From assembly GCA_951406725.2 (NCBI GenBank), contig OX597827.1, positions 77,748,001 through 77,812,000 of the forward strand: a stretch of DNA of 64,000 bases, written 5' to 3'. The notes below the pieces were generated by a model. It saw only the letters and a list, made by a program, of their open reading frames with translations, had not been told where the DNA came from and did not search any database. The position numbers and the translations under genes are program-made. Origin of the DNA: Octopus vulgaris (lineage: Eukaryota). This document shows, one piece after another, positions 1 to 14,720 of this stretch. Every line of letters begins with the position of its first letter. The first letter of the stretch is position 1.

Positions 1-182
1 AAACAAAAGTAACAGAAAGATGGAAAATAATGTTTATTTTTGTATGCTTCCACTTTATTTATTATTTCAAAGTTTTCTCTTGCTTTTTTTAATTGTAGTC
101 TTAGATCAGATCCTCACCATTACACCACAAACACTTTGAAATTATGTTTCTCATCATATAAACCACTTTGAACATTATTTAA

Positions 183-558
183 GTGAGTGGTTGTGTAGTA
201 AGTAGCTTGCTTACCAACAACATGGTTCCTGGTTCAGTCCCACTGCGTGGCTCCTTGGGCAAGTGTCTTCTGCTATAGCCTCGGACCGACCAAAGCCTTG
301 TGAGTGGATTTGGTAGACGGAAACTGAAAGAAGCCCATCATATATATATATGTGTGTGAGTGTCTGTGTTTGTCTCCACACCATCGCTTGACAACCGATG
401 TTGGTGTGTTCATGTCCCCGTAACTTAGCGGTTTGGTAATAAGGGACCGATAGAGTAAGTACTCGGCTTACAAAGAATAAGTACTGGGGTCGATTTGTTT
501 GATTAAAGGCGGTGCTCCAGCATGGCCGCAGTCAAATGACTGAAGCAAATAAAAGAAT
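183..558 (+). mobile_element. SINE family A (tRNA head + CORE-like domain + internal TA/TG microsatellite)
   Basis: B box GGTTCAGTCC, CORE-like CCTTGGGCAAGTG, shared tail GGCCGCAGTCAAATGACTGAA; more than 12 copies in the window. Confidence 0.85.
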
Positions 559-559
559 A

Positions 560-780
560 TCGTCATTTTAACGTCAACTTTTCCTGCTTACACAGGTCGG
601 ACAGAATTAATTGAAGCAAATTTTTTATAACTGAATGCCCTTCCTATCGCCAACCTTCACCTTTTCCCAAGCACAGTAATGTTTCCTCCATGATCAGACA
701 TGTTTCTGCAGAATATTGGAAATGAACGACACTGCTTGTATGACAGTGACACTCATTTACAACTATCACGATGTCGACAC
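560..780 (-). mobile_element. Repeat family G (shares its tail with family C)
   Basis: GAACGACACTGCTTGTA-GACAGTGACACTCATTTACAACTATC is shared with 56465-56690. Confidence 0.65.
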
Positions 781-1779
781 ATACATACACACAAAGATAG
801 ATATGCATATGTATATATATATATGGACGCATACATATGCATGGGTATGTGTACGTATGTATATATACACGCACACATATATAGAGGTGTGTGTGTATAT
901 ATATATATATACATATATATACACACATATGTATATAGGTATAAGTTTGTGTGTCTATATATATATATACACACACATACATACAAACAGCTGATTATTC
1001 ACTCTGTTGCTGCTCTGTTTCCCGCCACGTGTGGTCTTTCTGCCAGAGATATATTCTTTCATGCGAACCACACACACACACACATACCGACATATTTCTG
1101 GTATACTTGTATGTAAACATTGTATTCATTTATACAGATGTACTAAAAATTTTGCATCTGTATATATATAGATATATATTGAAATAAATTCATTCTATAT
1201 TATTTGTAGGCGAACTTTTGTTTTCATATAAATTATATAAATATTCGCATATTACACACACGTATATATGTAAGGAGATTGTATATAAATGCATATACAT
1301 TTACTCTATGTATACGCATTCATTTGCGTATGTGTAGACATCCAGCACCGTGCATATATATAACTTAGCTCGAAATTTTTTTTTGAAGTAAAAAAAAAAA
1401 AATGGAGCCTTTAAAAGGAACCAGTCGAGAAACTGGGTCAGAGTTTGGTGGAGATAACTTATTGGAAAGATAATATAACTCGAAGTAGAATATTTATTTT
1501 AAAATCTTCCTGGCAGCGAGATGTAACTTGAGTCATACGTTGGCAGCATCTGTCAAATACAGAATAAAGTTTTAATTCATACACAAGCATTAGTTCCATT
1601 AAAAATTTGAAGAAAATTGCAAAATTAATCAATAGTTGTTGTAATAATAAAAATGATTAATTATTCAACTATTGTTTTGGCTCATCAAAATGAAGTGGGA
1701 AGAAGTCTATGAGATGTAGAAGGGAAGAATCGTTCTTTATGTTACACCTATCCTAAGAAAACGAGAGAGAGAAAGAGAG

Positions 1780-2989
1780 GTATGAAGTAAATGCTTGCTC
1801 TAAGCCTGAGCTAGACGGCATGCGTCACAAAATTGCTGCTCAAGTTCCACCCTTCCCCAGACACAACAAAAATTCATTGTATCTACTCCAAGAAACAATA
1901 GGAAGAAACGGTGTCGCCGGTGTAAAAGTAACCGCACAAAACAACACCGCCTACCTATGGAACTTCATATCGGTTCATTTTGAAATGTTTTATTTTTACT
2001 TCCTAATATTTTCTTCAATTGACAAATTTTATCAACGTGACAAATATTTGCTTAGATTTTTCATATTTATTTAAGAGAAAAAGAAACGCAAACAAATGAA
2101 CCGAATAAATATACATCCCCCCCCGCCCTTCATATTTTAAGTCCTTTTTCTTCCCCTGATAGTCTTGCGAACGGGTTATCTCCCCCTGTGTTTACAAGCC
2201 GCTCTAATACAAAGCAGCCTTCCCCCCACTCCCACCTTCTTTATATCTATATCTCTCACTTCCTCCCTCTCTCTCTCTGATCTCCGTCTTTCTCTCTCTC
2301 TTTCTTTCTCTACTGAGACGACACTGAAACTCCTTAAGCTGCTGACTGCGAGGAGCACATTGATGCCACCGTCATTACCAACACACATATATATATTTTT
2401 ATATCTACACACACAGCCCTAGGTGCATCCAGCTAGAATCTCTATTTATCCACACATCCATCCATCCATCTGTCTATCCGTTTCTCTCTCTCCTAACTCT
2501 GACATTAGCCGCCTCTCTTACAACAATGAGGAAGAACGGGAACGAGCCATATCTGAGCAGCCATCGGCAACGGCAGCACAAAAGTTGAACGGATGTCTTA
2601 AGAACTTCTTTAATCAACGTGGAAATAAAATACACACACAAAAATTCTCTTTCCCCCCAGAAGCAGCAGAAATCGGGCCGAAAAAGCACCAATCCCCTGC
2701 CCCCGTCAGCCACCAAAAATCCACAACAGTCCCATATCCGCCAAGTGCCCTCTCTCTATGTCTTGGCTGTCTTCGAGTCTCCTCTGTCCTGTCTCCAGAC
2801 ACTAATTGAGCATCTGTTTTTTCTGTGGATCTTCTTCTCCTCCACAACTTCGTTGCTTGTCTCTAGCAACAGAGATCGACATCAAGGAAAGCTGTTTTTG
2901 CTGTTTCATAAACACAGATCGACCGGTGGATTCATTCTTTCTTTTTTAAAACATTTTTTTTTTAAACACCAGAGTCAACAGAAGACATT
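1780..2989 (+). promoter_or_regulatory. Putative promoter and non-coding first exon (possibly of the 28635 ZNF gene)
   Basis: Unique, transposon-free, relatively CpG-rich segment; GC box-like CCCCGCCC at ~2121-2128; CT tract; ends at a donor-like CATT|GTAAGA (GT at 2990-2991). Confidence 0.45.
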
Positions 2990-3099
2990 GTAAGATGTAT
3001 AAAGATTTCTTATGTATACCTATACACGCAAATATATATGTCTGTATATTATACACGCACATATAAACATATATCCATGTATACACACATTCACTTTAT

Positions 3100-3264
<165 letters not shown>

Positions 3265-3589
3265 GTCTGATTATGCTAGAGCACATTTTATTTGTAATTT
3301 ATGAGACCATGGGGCCATTTTAAGTATATATATATTTATATATGTAAATTCATTATATATATATACACTCACACTCAAATATATAATAATTGTCTTGTTA
3401 TATTTTACCTTAAGTATCTATATGTGTGTGTATTGTATAATATATATTCGTGTGTATGTATTTACTGTATATTGTTGGTTGTAATTTTTCTTGTAAGTTT
3501 TAATTTTGCATTGTATATATATAATATATATATATATATATGTGTGTGTGTATTTCATTGTATATATTATTAACGTCACGTAGACAGAG

Positions 3590-4370
3590 AGGGGAGCTTG
3601 CTAGAAATGGGAGCTAAATCTCCCCAAATTACTCCGTACCGTCTTGAAAAAGGAAAGGATACACTATACTGTATTTCCAAAACTACACACACAAAAAAAA
3701 GCGGGATCATCACGGCTGGACGCTTTTGATCATCTGTTTGTTTATCCTGTGCTTACCTGGGGTTAAAAAACTAATTACAGGCAGAAGACCTGTATATGAT
3801 GATGCATAAACGAATCTATATAATTATATAGTGATAGATGTTTATATAGACATTCACATAAACATTCATACACGTAAATTGACAGTGTTTGTGCTCAAAT
3901 AGCTATACACACTACATGTGTATCAGACGAGATAACGAGGGGAACCTCTACGTGGACGCTCGATTTGCTAAAAATAGCAACGAAATCTCACTCAAATATC
4001 GCCCTAACGTCTTGTGAAAAAGAATGACATACTAGATAATATATTCGTTGATAATCTTCGATAGATAGAATGGTCCTGGCTGGAACGTCTTCGATCATAT
4101 GTCTGCTCTCGATCAGGGTTGTTCGACCTGCTAGAAATAACAGATTTTATTCATCACATTGTACAGTCATTTCTTATATATATATATATATATATATACA
4201 TATATATATAAACACACACATACACATATATATATATATATATAGAAGACACATTTGATAATGTTGTCCTAGATACGCTTTGTTTAGAAAAGGACAGATG
4301 GTCACAGCTGGAGCGCCTTTGATCTAGGTCTGCTCGATCAAGATTGACTTGGGGGTTAAACAACAACAGT
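3590..4370 (+). mobile_element. Three degenerate copies of old repeat family F (TGCTAGAAATAGC ... GGGGTTAAACAAC)
   Basis: Motifs recur at 6580-6790, 16820-16930, 21440-21570(-), 32235-32330, 47870-48055 and 61930-62220(-). Confidence 0.6.
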
Positions 4371-5219
4371 GTATATATGCATGTGTCTATGTATGTGTGT
4401 ATATATATATATATATGTGTGTGTACGAATATATTTATTGCCTTATGTGTTCCAGCCCAAAGGTTGTGACCATGCTGGGGCACTATATATATCTATCTAT
4501 TTATCTCTCTCTCTCTATATATATATATATACAGAGAGAGAGAGTGTGTGTATATATACACACACATACATTGAAGTCCCATATAAATTGATCCATATGA
4601 CTATGCACCATCAGAAAATGTTGAAATATTCTTAAAATTTGTTTTTAATTAGCATTTCTTGACTATTTACGCACACACATAGGTATACACACACTTACAT
4701 ATATATGTGTGTGTGTGGATGCATGTATGTGTGTACGTGTGACACCACACCTCACCTTGTTTTTTCTCTCCAACTTCCTCCCGTCCCAATTGCCTAACTG
4801 TAGAATCTTAAAACTTTTCACTAGCTTCTCCCCTTTCGTTTCATATCTGTTTACATGTTCCGTATTTTCTTTTTATTTTTTTTGTTTCCTTTCTTCTCAT
4901 TGCTGATCGGACCTTTTTTTTTTTTTCTTGTTTGTTTTAAATATATACACACATACTCTAACAAATGCACGCCTAGACACTCTTTATAAACACTCACCCT
5001 TGCTTATAAGACACACAAATATTGAGTCTCTCTTTCAAAGTCGCATAGAGATACACATGTTTACACACACACACACACACACAGGCCTCATTCAAACACA
5101 CTAACATAGTGATTACTAAATACACACATACATACACACAATTATAGATTTACCTTCAAAAATACTCACGTACAGGTACAAACATACACACATATAAATA
5201 CCATATACCGAAGGAATGC

Positions 5220-5263
<44 letters not shown>

Positions 5264-5517
5264 CCTTTGGTTTCTGAATTACAACTATTTAGCGGTTTGA
5301 GTTTAGCTGCTCTTTCTAGTGGGTCGAATGGCCTATGAAGGCCATTCCTTAATATTGTTGAATATATATATACATACATACATACATAGCCTGTCTCCTT
5401 CAAACACATTTACTTAGATATTCCACCCCGAAACACACCCGTACAGATAAATACACACACACACACACATTGCATAGCTTTAACTTCAAACTTTACATAC
5501 AAACATACATACCTATA

Positions 5518-5561
<44 letters not shown>

Positions 5562-5921
5562 GGACTGTCTCTTTCAAGCTCATATTTAGATACACACACT
5601 CACACACACACACATATACATGTACAGCTTAAATCTATTGTGAGAATTTAGAATTTCTCTTTCTCCAGCCCCTTGGTGGGAGTTGCTGTCGTTGTTATTT
5701 GATCTCATACGTCGGTAGTCCTGAATACTAGATTGTTAAATTCGGTGAATTATCTGACTTGCAAACAGATTCCCCCCTGGCACACAAATACACACTCACG
5801 TGTGTGTGTGTGCATATGTATGTTTGTATGTGTATATATATATCACATATACATACACGTCTACATATGTACGTAAGCTCATAATGTAGATATATTTTCT
5901 GTATGTGTATGTACATGTGTG

Positions 5922-6000
<79 letters not shown>

Positions 6001-6003
<3 letters not shown>

Positions 6004-6131
6004 GGTGTCCCAAAAAAATGTATACACATAGTGGTTCGGCAAAAGAGAACGATAGAATAAGTACTAGGCTTACAAAGAATAACAAATTTACAATTATTTA
6101 AGGTGTATATACATTTTTTTGGGACACCCTG
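6001..6131. mobile_element. Tc1/mariner-type MITE carrying a SINE fragment
   Basis: Perfect 24-bp TIR CAGGGTGTCCCAAAAAAATGTATA, TA flanks inside (TA)n. Confidence 0.85.
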
Positions 6132-7462
6132 TATATATATATATATAGTAAATCGATTACAATAACAACTTTTCAATAACTTCGATCACCAAGCTGGTCT
6201 GTTTCCTGTCAACTGGAAATGTTTTTGCAAACATGAACCGGCTACTAATGTATTTTAGTTGATATAGTGCCCGGTTAATATTTAAGACTTGATTTCATCA
6301 TAAAGAATAGAGAACAGCATGAATGCCTCAACCTCCCATTGCCTTATTTTACGACTGATTTGTGTCAAAAGGTACCTGGATTTCGTAAAATTGAAAGTGG
6401 GTGAGGGGATCTTGATCGGTTGAGATTTGAACCCGCGATCTTCCTCTTCATGCCGATATCTGGGCTATACTACAGATGTGATGGTTAAAAATATTGGGGT
6501 TCATATGCATCGTTTCAAACAAATACAGCCGTGTCCCATAAACTGTTTCTATTCTGCTCCCTACCTTAAAATATTTGCTCACGAGGGTGCCTTTACGTGG
6601 TCGTTCGTCATGCTAGAAATAGCAACCAAATCTCTCTAAACTAAGACACTACAGTCATGAAACGGAAGGATACAATGGATAATGTATTCCTTGTTACTTT
6701 GCGAAGAAAACAGATGGGATGGTCCTGACTGGAATGGCGCCACAGTCATAGGTCTGCTTGATTTGGACTGACCTAGAGCTAAACAGCATCAGGTCAACTT
6801 CGTCTTTCGCCTTATTTTAGGATCTTTGAAATAAAGTATCAGTCAAGTTCTGGGATCCTGTGAAATCGACTCAAAATTATTTACCTTGTGCCTTAAGGGC
6901 CTAGAAGCCATTTAGCCCCGGTTGAATGCATAAACAATATTTACTTCTATCCTTTTGTAAGTTCAAATCCTGCTCGACCGACTTTGTATATTTGTCATTC
7001 TCCAGTAACATAAAGGTGTTTACACCCAACAAACTATTCTGTAACACCTGAGAAATCATTATAATTACTAAATAATTTAAGATGGTTAATTTACTAATTG
7101 CAATGTTGCCCCATTACGTTGCCTTTGTGGAAAATAATCTATTGGTATTTTTTGTAATGTTCGTTAAATGCTCGACTTAGTACAGCTCTTGACCTTTAGC
7201 TTCCCTTAAACCACCCTTCATTACACTCAGCCAGGTCGATTTGTTTTCTGTCTGGAAACGAAGTTTTGACAACACTTGTATGTTTAAATATACATGTACA
7301 CATGCAACAATGTATATATACTCGTGTATGTGTGTGTATGTATATATATATTTATATATTATAAAACGCATGTAGCATCCACTTATGATACGTTTGTTTA
7401 TCTGATATCTTTTTGGCATTTAACAGCATATTTCTCCCTCCACACGAATACTTACCTTTATA

Positions 7463-7502
<40 letters not shown>

Positions 7503-8115
7503 CTTTGTGTGTATGTCTGTGTGTTTAACTTAGTCTAAATAAAGACGAGTCTAGTTCACAAATGAGAGTGTATTTTATCTTCACTCTAAGCCCTATCCGG
7601 GTACCAATTTTTCAATTCTCACATTTCTTCAAGACCCCTCCCCCCAATGCGTATATGAATACATACGAATGCATATATATGTATATAGACACACACACAC
7701 ATATACATACACAAAATACTGAAAGCTTGCATACCCATTGACCCTTTTAATGCTTATCCACCCGAGACCACCCGTGGCTCTGTGATACAAACTTCCTGTG
7801 TGGTTTATATACTACATACGTGTATAACAGTTTGTCAGTGTAGCCAATTCTACACACCCGTACTTTATACACCTAAATTATTGCATTGTTATGAAACACA
7901 ATTCATACACACACACACACATATGTATACACATACTAACACATGAATGTATGTTTGTGTGTGTATGTATGTGTATATGTACACTGCTATGTCAGACCGT
8001 TGCGCCGTATGTGGTATAATTATGCCATGCTGACATTTATATGAATTTCATTTCTACATTTCAGATAGAAAGAAGTAGTCCTTTAGCTTTATGCTTCTAA
8101 GATAAGAGATAAATT

Positions 8116-8168
<53 letters not shown>

Positions 8169-8417
8169 GTGTGTGTGTGTATACATGTATGAGTGTGTAG
8201 GGGGTTAGGGTGAAAGGTTTGGCTTTAATTCAGGTGGAACAGACAAATAAGTTTACGGGTGTATTAATGTTTGTGCGCGTACGTGGATGTGTTTTTCCAG
8301 TTCCTTTATTGTATAAAGAATTCATAAACATTGCCAGAATCCAGGACACAACACACACACACGCCTGTATATATATATTTTATGTAATATTTAGTTATAT
8401 ATATATATATGTATATA

Positions 8418-8772
8418 GGCGCAGGAGTGGCTGTGTGGTAAAAAAAATTGGTTCCGAACCACATGGTTCTGGGTTCAGTCCCACTGCGTGGCACCTTGGG
8501 CAAGTGTCTTCTACTATAGCCTCGGGCCGACCAAAGCCTTCTGAGTGGATTTAGTAGATGGAAACTGAAAGAAGCCCGTCGTGTGTATATATGTGTGTGT
8601 GTATGTGTTGGTGTGTTTACGTCCCCGTAACGTAGCGGTTCGGCAAGAGAGATCCGATAGAATAAGTTACTAAGGCTTACAAAGAATAAGTCCTGGGTTC
8701 GATTTGTTCGACTGAAGGCGGTGCTCCAGCATGGCCGACGTCAAATGACTGAAACAAGTAATTAAAAAGAAT
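8418..8772 (+). mobile_element. SINE family A
   Basis: Full-length match to the other copies; A box TGGCTGTGTGG. Confidence 0.85.
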
Positions 8773-8858
8773 ATATATATATAATTATATACATTTTCAT
8801 ATATACGTATAATCACTTATAAACATACACACACACATATATACACATTAAATATTAT

Positions 8859-8912
<54 letters not shown>

Positions 8913-9254
8913 ATATTATATATATATATATGTGTGTGTGTGTATTATATATATATATATATACATACACGCATGTATATAGCTGTATGTGTGTAGTATG
9001 GTGTGATTGTGTTTTGTGTTTTGGTTGAGCTGTGGTGGTGCCTTGTGTTGTGTGCTGGTTGTAGTGCGATGTCTCTTGCAAAGCTGAGGCTGCTACGATG
9101 CCAAAATGTCAGAGTAACATTGAGCTGATAAAACAGAAAGGAAGAAGAAAGACGGGCATCGAAAGAAACGAAAAGCTTTTTCTCTCTCTTTAAAACACTG
9201 AAGAACCTCCTCCTCGCAGTCAACCTTCATCATGGCTGGTAAATGCCAACTTCT

Positions 9255-9290
9255 ACACATACACATACATACATACATACATGCATTGTA

Positions 9291-9334
<44 letters not shown>

Positions 9335-9887
9335 TACATACACTTATATTTATACACATATACACATACATAAACTCATACACAACGCATGCATATAGAT
9401 TTGCATTTGAAATATTTTGGGTTCGTGTGTATATGTATGTATGTATATGTACGTATGTATATATGTATGTGGATATGTATGTATATATATATGTATGTAT
9501 GTATACATATATATGTATGTATATATATATACATATATATATGTATATATATATATATACATATATGTATGTATGTATATATATATATACATATATGTAT
9601 GTATGTATATATATATACATATATGTATGTATATATATACATATATGTATGTATATATATATATAAATATATATACATAGTATGTATATATATATATAAA
9701 TATATATACATATATGTATGTATATTTATGTATATACATATATATATATAGGTATGTATATTTATGTATCTGTATGTATATATTTATGTATATACATATG
9801 TATATATATATATATGTATATTTATGTATCTGTATGTATATATGTATATGATATATTTATGTATATGTGTATATATATATATGTATA

Positions 9888-9928
<41 letters not shown>

Positions 9929-9930
9929 CT
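9255..9930. repeat. Compound TA/TATG microsatellite
   Basis: Direct inspection. Confidence 0.95.
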
Positions 9931-10398
9931 ACACCTACTTAATAAGCCGTATTATGCCTGTGTGCATGAGAGTATAATTTCGAAAGAATCGGTAGTGTTA
10001 GCTTTGAGAATCTATTAAAGAGTTTCAAGAGAATCTTCAACTGCCTACAACTGTATGTATGTATGTGTGTATATGTATGTGTATATGTGCGTGTGTGTGT
10101 GTGTGACATTTTATTACATGATGTAATACACGGCGAGTGCTTGCTTGCTCTCTACTCGACTCCCATCTGATGCTGGTTACGTATCTTGTTTCATTCAAAA
10201 TCTCTCCTTTAGTTTGTTTTTTTTTGTCTAGGAACCGAACACACACACACTCACTCATACACACACACACACCTCTTTACAATTTTCTATGCTCCCCCCC
10301 TCTCAAAACAAATACCCGTTCGCCCCCCCTCTCTGTTGCATTATGTCTTTCTCCCTCATTCTCACTGTATACATATTTTCCTTGTTCACACGTGCGTT

Positions 10399-10442
<44 letters not shown>

Positions 10443-11229
10443 TGCATGTATTTATCCAGATACATAGACACACACACGTCTGTACATACACTTCGTCTCA
10501 CTCAAGCAAGAATGCTGTATTATCTCTCATTCTTTGAGACACGTAACACACACACACATACACACACATCTCATTCACTCGTTCTGTCTCTACGCATCGT
10601 CTGTGTAAACTACACCTTCAAACATACAAAATACAAAACTACCTTAGTTTCACAAACACAAACACAGACTTACCTTATTCACATACATACACAAACAAGC
10701 TTACCTCATTCACTTGCACAAGCACCCACATGAGTCACAGCTAGACATAGATACACACTTCTACCTTATACACACACATATACAAACGCATATTTCATTC
10801 ACATACGTAAACACACACCTATTTACACTTACACAAACATACACCTACTTTATTTACGTACACAAACACACCTACCTTATTTACATACTCACACCTACCG
10901 TATTTGCATACAAAACCACACCTGCCTCATTTACACACAAACACACGCCTACCTTATTTGCATACAGAAACACACCTACTTTCTCCCTCTATTTTCTACT
11001 CTCCTTTCACACTCTTCAAACTTACCTACCCCCTTCACCAGGCCCAGTCCTCAAGACCACTTCACTTCATATTTGTTTCCTGTAACTTGAGGAAATGCCC
11101 CAACACATCTTCACTGCCATTTTCACTCTCTGTCTCCTTGTCTGTCTCTCTCCTCTCTCTATTCCGGCTGGGGTAACCATATATCTCCCCTATAGCAATG
11201 TACCTGTTCTTGTCCCTTTGTCATACTTT

Positions 11230-11525
11230 AACCTCTCATCGCCTGACATAAAGTCACCTCCCTCAATACTACTCCCCTCTCAGTTGAGACGGGGTGGTCT
11301 TGTCTTGCAAGTTATTTAGCGACCTCACTTGTGCTGGTGCCACATAAAACAGCATCCAGCACACTCTGTAAAGTGGTTGGTGTTAGGAAGGACATCCAGC
11401 CGTAGGAAACCGTGCCAAGGCAGACACTAGAGCTTAGCCTAGCCTTCTGGCTGGCCAGCTCCTATCAAACCCTCCAATCCATACCATGTTGGGAAATGGG
11501 TATTAAGTGGTGGTGATGATGAAGA
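11230..11525 (+). mobile_element. Family C non-autonomous retroelement (GTTAGGAAGGGCATCCAGC motif, (GAT)n tail), diverged
   Basis: Shared motif and tail. Confidence 0.65.
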
Positions 11526-11553
11526 TGAGGAGGAGGATGAAGGAACACACACC

Positions 11554-11782
11554 CATTTCTTTACTACCCACAAGGGGCTAAACACAGAGGGGACAAACAA
11601 GGACAGACAAACGGATTAAGTCGATTATATCGACCCCAGTGCGTAACTGGTACTTATTTAATCGACCCCCGAAAGGATTAAAGGCAAAGTCGACCTCAGC
11701 GGAATTTGAACTCAGAACGTAACGTCAGACGAAATACTGTTAAGCATTTCGCCCGGCATGCTAACGTTTCTGCCAGCTTGCA
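11554..11782 (-). mobile_element. SINE family B (tRNA-like head; GCCTTTCATCCTTTCGGGGTCGAT central domain)
   Basis: 11-bp TSD GAACACACACC at 11543-11553 and 11783-11793. Confidence 0.88.
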
Positions 11783-12087
11783 GAACACACACCTGTATCA
11801 TACACAAACACACACTTGGCCCTATTTACCTGCATATATACCAACACAATTCATAAATAAGAATTTGAACTCCTGTCCTTGAGTTTCTTCTTTCTCCACT
11901 TTATTTATATTATTTCATTCTATCATTTTCCAGGTCTGGTGATCACAGCTCTACCTATGGACTCTGTAGACTCTCTGGAATCGGTGAGATTAATGCTATT
12001 AACATCAAACTCTAGACAACACTTCCATGTGCATTGAAATGTGTACGTTGTGTGTGTGTGTGTGTGTGTGATATATGTATAAATATA

Positions 12088-12460
12088 CATCATGTGATTA
12101 TGTGACCGACCGGGCTGTCAGTCGCTGTTACACATCACTGGTCACAATGTGCTTTTGCATTGTTTTTACCTTCAAATGACACCCCCCCACTGGCTAGTTG
12201 AGCTGGCCAACATTTCCCCCTTGATCAGAAGTGGGGCTGGGGTAATGTGACATGAAGTGTTTTGCTCAAATATACAACTTCCTGCCCAATTAGGGAGTCC
12301 AACCCACAATCTAATAATCGTGAGTGCAACAGCTTAACCACGAGGCCAGCGTTTTCCAAACTTTTTTTTATCACAGCCCCTTTTATTTATATTCGCGACC
12401 CAATGAAGGTTGGGACCCACAGTTTGAGAAACACTGCACTAGGCCACTCACATTTGCACA
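12088..12460 (-). mobile_element. SINE family E head + tail type 3, interrupted by a hAT MITE
   Basis: A box TGGCCTAGTGG split by the MITE; TTGAGCAAAACACTTCAT core. Confidence 0.7.
12347..12436. mobile_element. hAT (Charlie-like) MITE
   Basis: Termini CAGCGTTTTCCAAACT / AGTTTGAGAAACACTG; 8-bp TSD CAC(G/T)AGGC. Confidence 0.75.
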
Positions 12461-12482
12461 CGCATACACACATATTCTTTTA

Positions 12483-12682
12483 TTCTTTTACTTGTTTCAG
12501 TCATTTGACTGCGGCCATGCTGGAGCGCTGCCTTTAGTTAAGCAGATCGACCCCAGAACTTATTCTTTGTAAGCCTAGTACTTATCCTATCGGTCTCTTG
12601 TGCCGAACCGCTAAGTTATGGGGACGTAAACACACCAGCATCGGTTGTCAAGTGATGTTAGGGGGACAAACACAGACACACA
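12483..12682 (-). mobile_element. SINE family A, 3' half
   Basis: Reverse-complement match to the family A tail. Confidence 0.8.
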
Positions 12683-12699
12683 AATATATATGTGCAGCA

Positions 12700-13072
12700 T
12701 AACCGGCCTATTTAAGAGTGTCCTTCAGTCATTGGGCATTAAACTGTGCTTAATAAGACCTGTTGTGTCAACTGAAGTCATTGTTGTGACCGATGACAGT
12801 ACCACCTGATTGGCACCTGTGCTGGTGACACATAGAAAACACCATTCAAGCATGGTTGATACCAGTACCACCTGACTGGCTCTCGTGCTAGTGGCATGTA
12901 AAAGGTACCCACTACACTCTTGGAGTGGTTAGGGTTAGGAAGGGCATCCAGCTGTAGAAACATTGCAAGATCACGATTGGAGCCTGGTGCAGCCTCCTGG
13001 CTTGCCAGTCCTCAGTCAAACCGTCTGACCCATGCCAGCGTGGAAAGCAGACGTTAAACGATGATGATGATG
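12700..13072 (+). mobile_element. Family C element
   Basis: Internal ~55-60 bp repeats; tail GACGTTAAACGATGATGATG. Confidence 0.8.
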
Positions 13073-13319
13073 AGTGACTTTGAAGTTTCAGCTAGTTAAG
13101 CCATCATCGATGCTTATAAAGTCCAGGATCATTTATATTAAAATCCTTGTCATTAATTCCTTACACACACACATACACCACATTTATCTATATTAACTTT
13201 ACTGTGTGTGTGTGCATTAAGGGACATGCACAAGACAAGGATTGTTTATAATCATATGTACAGATAATCATAGTACTAGATGTGTGTATATACATACACA
13301 TACACACACACACATGTAT

Positions 13320-13800
13320 ATCATCATCATCATTTAATGTCTGTTGTCCGTGCTGGATTGGGTCGGACAGTTTGACCAGGCCTGGTAAGCTGAGGGGTTG
13401 CACCAGACTCCAGTCTGATTTGGCATGGTTTTCTATGGCTGGATGTCCTACCTAACGCCAACCACTCCAAGAGTGTAATGGGTGCTTTTATGTGCCACTG
13501 GCATGACACCTGTATCTACCATGATTGATGGGTCTTCTTCTTCTCCAGCATGACATAATGCCAAAGGTCTCGGTCACTGCCTCCGTGAGGTCCAAAACAT
13601 TAATTCATCATCATCATCATCATCGTTTAACGTCCGTTCTCCATGATATCATGGGTTGGACGGTTCAACCGGGGATCTGGGAAGCCAGAAGGCTGCACCA
13701 GGCTCCAGTCTTATCTGGCAATGTTTCTACAGCTGGATGCCCTTCCTAACGCCAACCACTCCGTGAGTGTAGTGGGTGCTTTTTACGTGCCACCTGCACT
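13320..13800 (-). mobile_element. Two family C 3' fragments (13320-13510, 13606-13800)
   Basis: (CAT)n followed by the reverse-complement tail. Confidence 0.78.
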
Positions 13801-13964
13801 GTCTATTAAATGATATTTATCTCTCACTAGATGGAGTACTATTTTGTTGAGCTTACCATCACAGAACAGTACGTTTTATATATATATGTATAAAACATGA
13901 AAACCAGACCATGATTTAACCATATTCAACTGATATATTATTCTGTACACATTCACACAAATTC

Positions 13965-14300
13965 GGCACATGTGCCAGTGGCACGTGAAAAACAACATTC
14001 GAGCCTGATCGTTGCCAGTGCTGCCCGGGCTGGCTCCCGTGCAGGTAGCACGTAAAAACCACCTTTTGAACGTGGCCATTGCCAGAACTGCCTGACTGAC
14101 CCTCGTGCTGGTGGCAAGTAAAAGCACTCACTACACTCTTAGAGTGGTTGGCGTTAGGAAGGGCAGGCATCCAACTGTAGAAACTCTGCCAGATCAAGAT
14201 TGGAGCCTGGTGCAGCCTTCTGGCTCACCAGTCCTCAGTCAAACCTTCCAACTCATGCCAGCATGGAAAGTGGATGTTAAACGACAACGATGATGATGAT
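13965..14300 (+). mobile_element. Family C element
   Basis: Internal repeats and tail. Confidence 0.8.
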
Positions 14301-14419
14301 ATATATAGAGAAAGAGAGAGAGAGAGAGACACACACACACACACACACACACGTATATATATTTAATAGCTTTCTGATAATAATATATTATGGTTGTAAA
14401 ATGAAATATGGTGTCCCTC

Positions 14420-14720
14420 CCAGCAATTTATATAAAATCAGTGTTTATTGAGATACATTTTATTTCCAAAATTCAGTAGGACCTACAAACAGAATTTAAT
14501 CTTTTTATCACTGCCTGTTTTCAAACTGACAATTGTTCTGCTCCAGGCTCTACTGATAAACACAAAACAATGGAATCACAAGCGCCAAGAAACATTTCAT
14601 TCGATATCTGTGCACATTTGCATTCAGTGGTTGCCTTTTAATCCACCGACCGTTGCCTGTTTTGTGACATGAACTTCCTCTTTTAAATATCCCATTGAAA
14701 AGTCAATGGCTGGAGCGGGG
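14420..14720 (-). pseudogene. C-terminal fragment of the same mariner-type transposase
   Basis: DF..GYLKEEVHVTK..NEMFL..QFE; similar to 37945-38220. Confidence 0.65.

Noticed and set aside
2423-2993. 128-aa and 124-aa ORFs in the putative first exon
   Set aside because: Non-ATG starts, low complexity and no domain; more likely UTR
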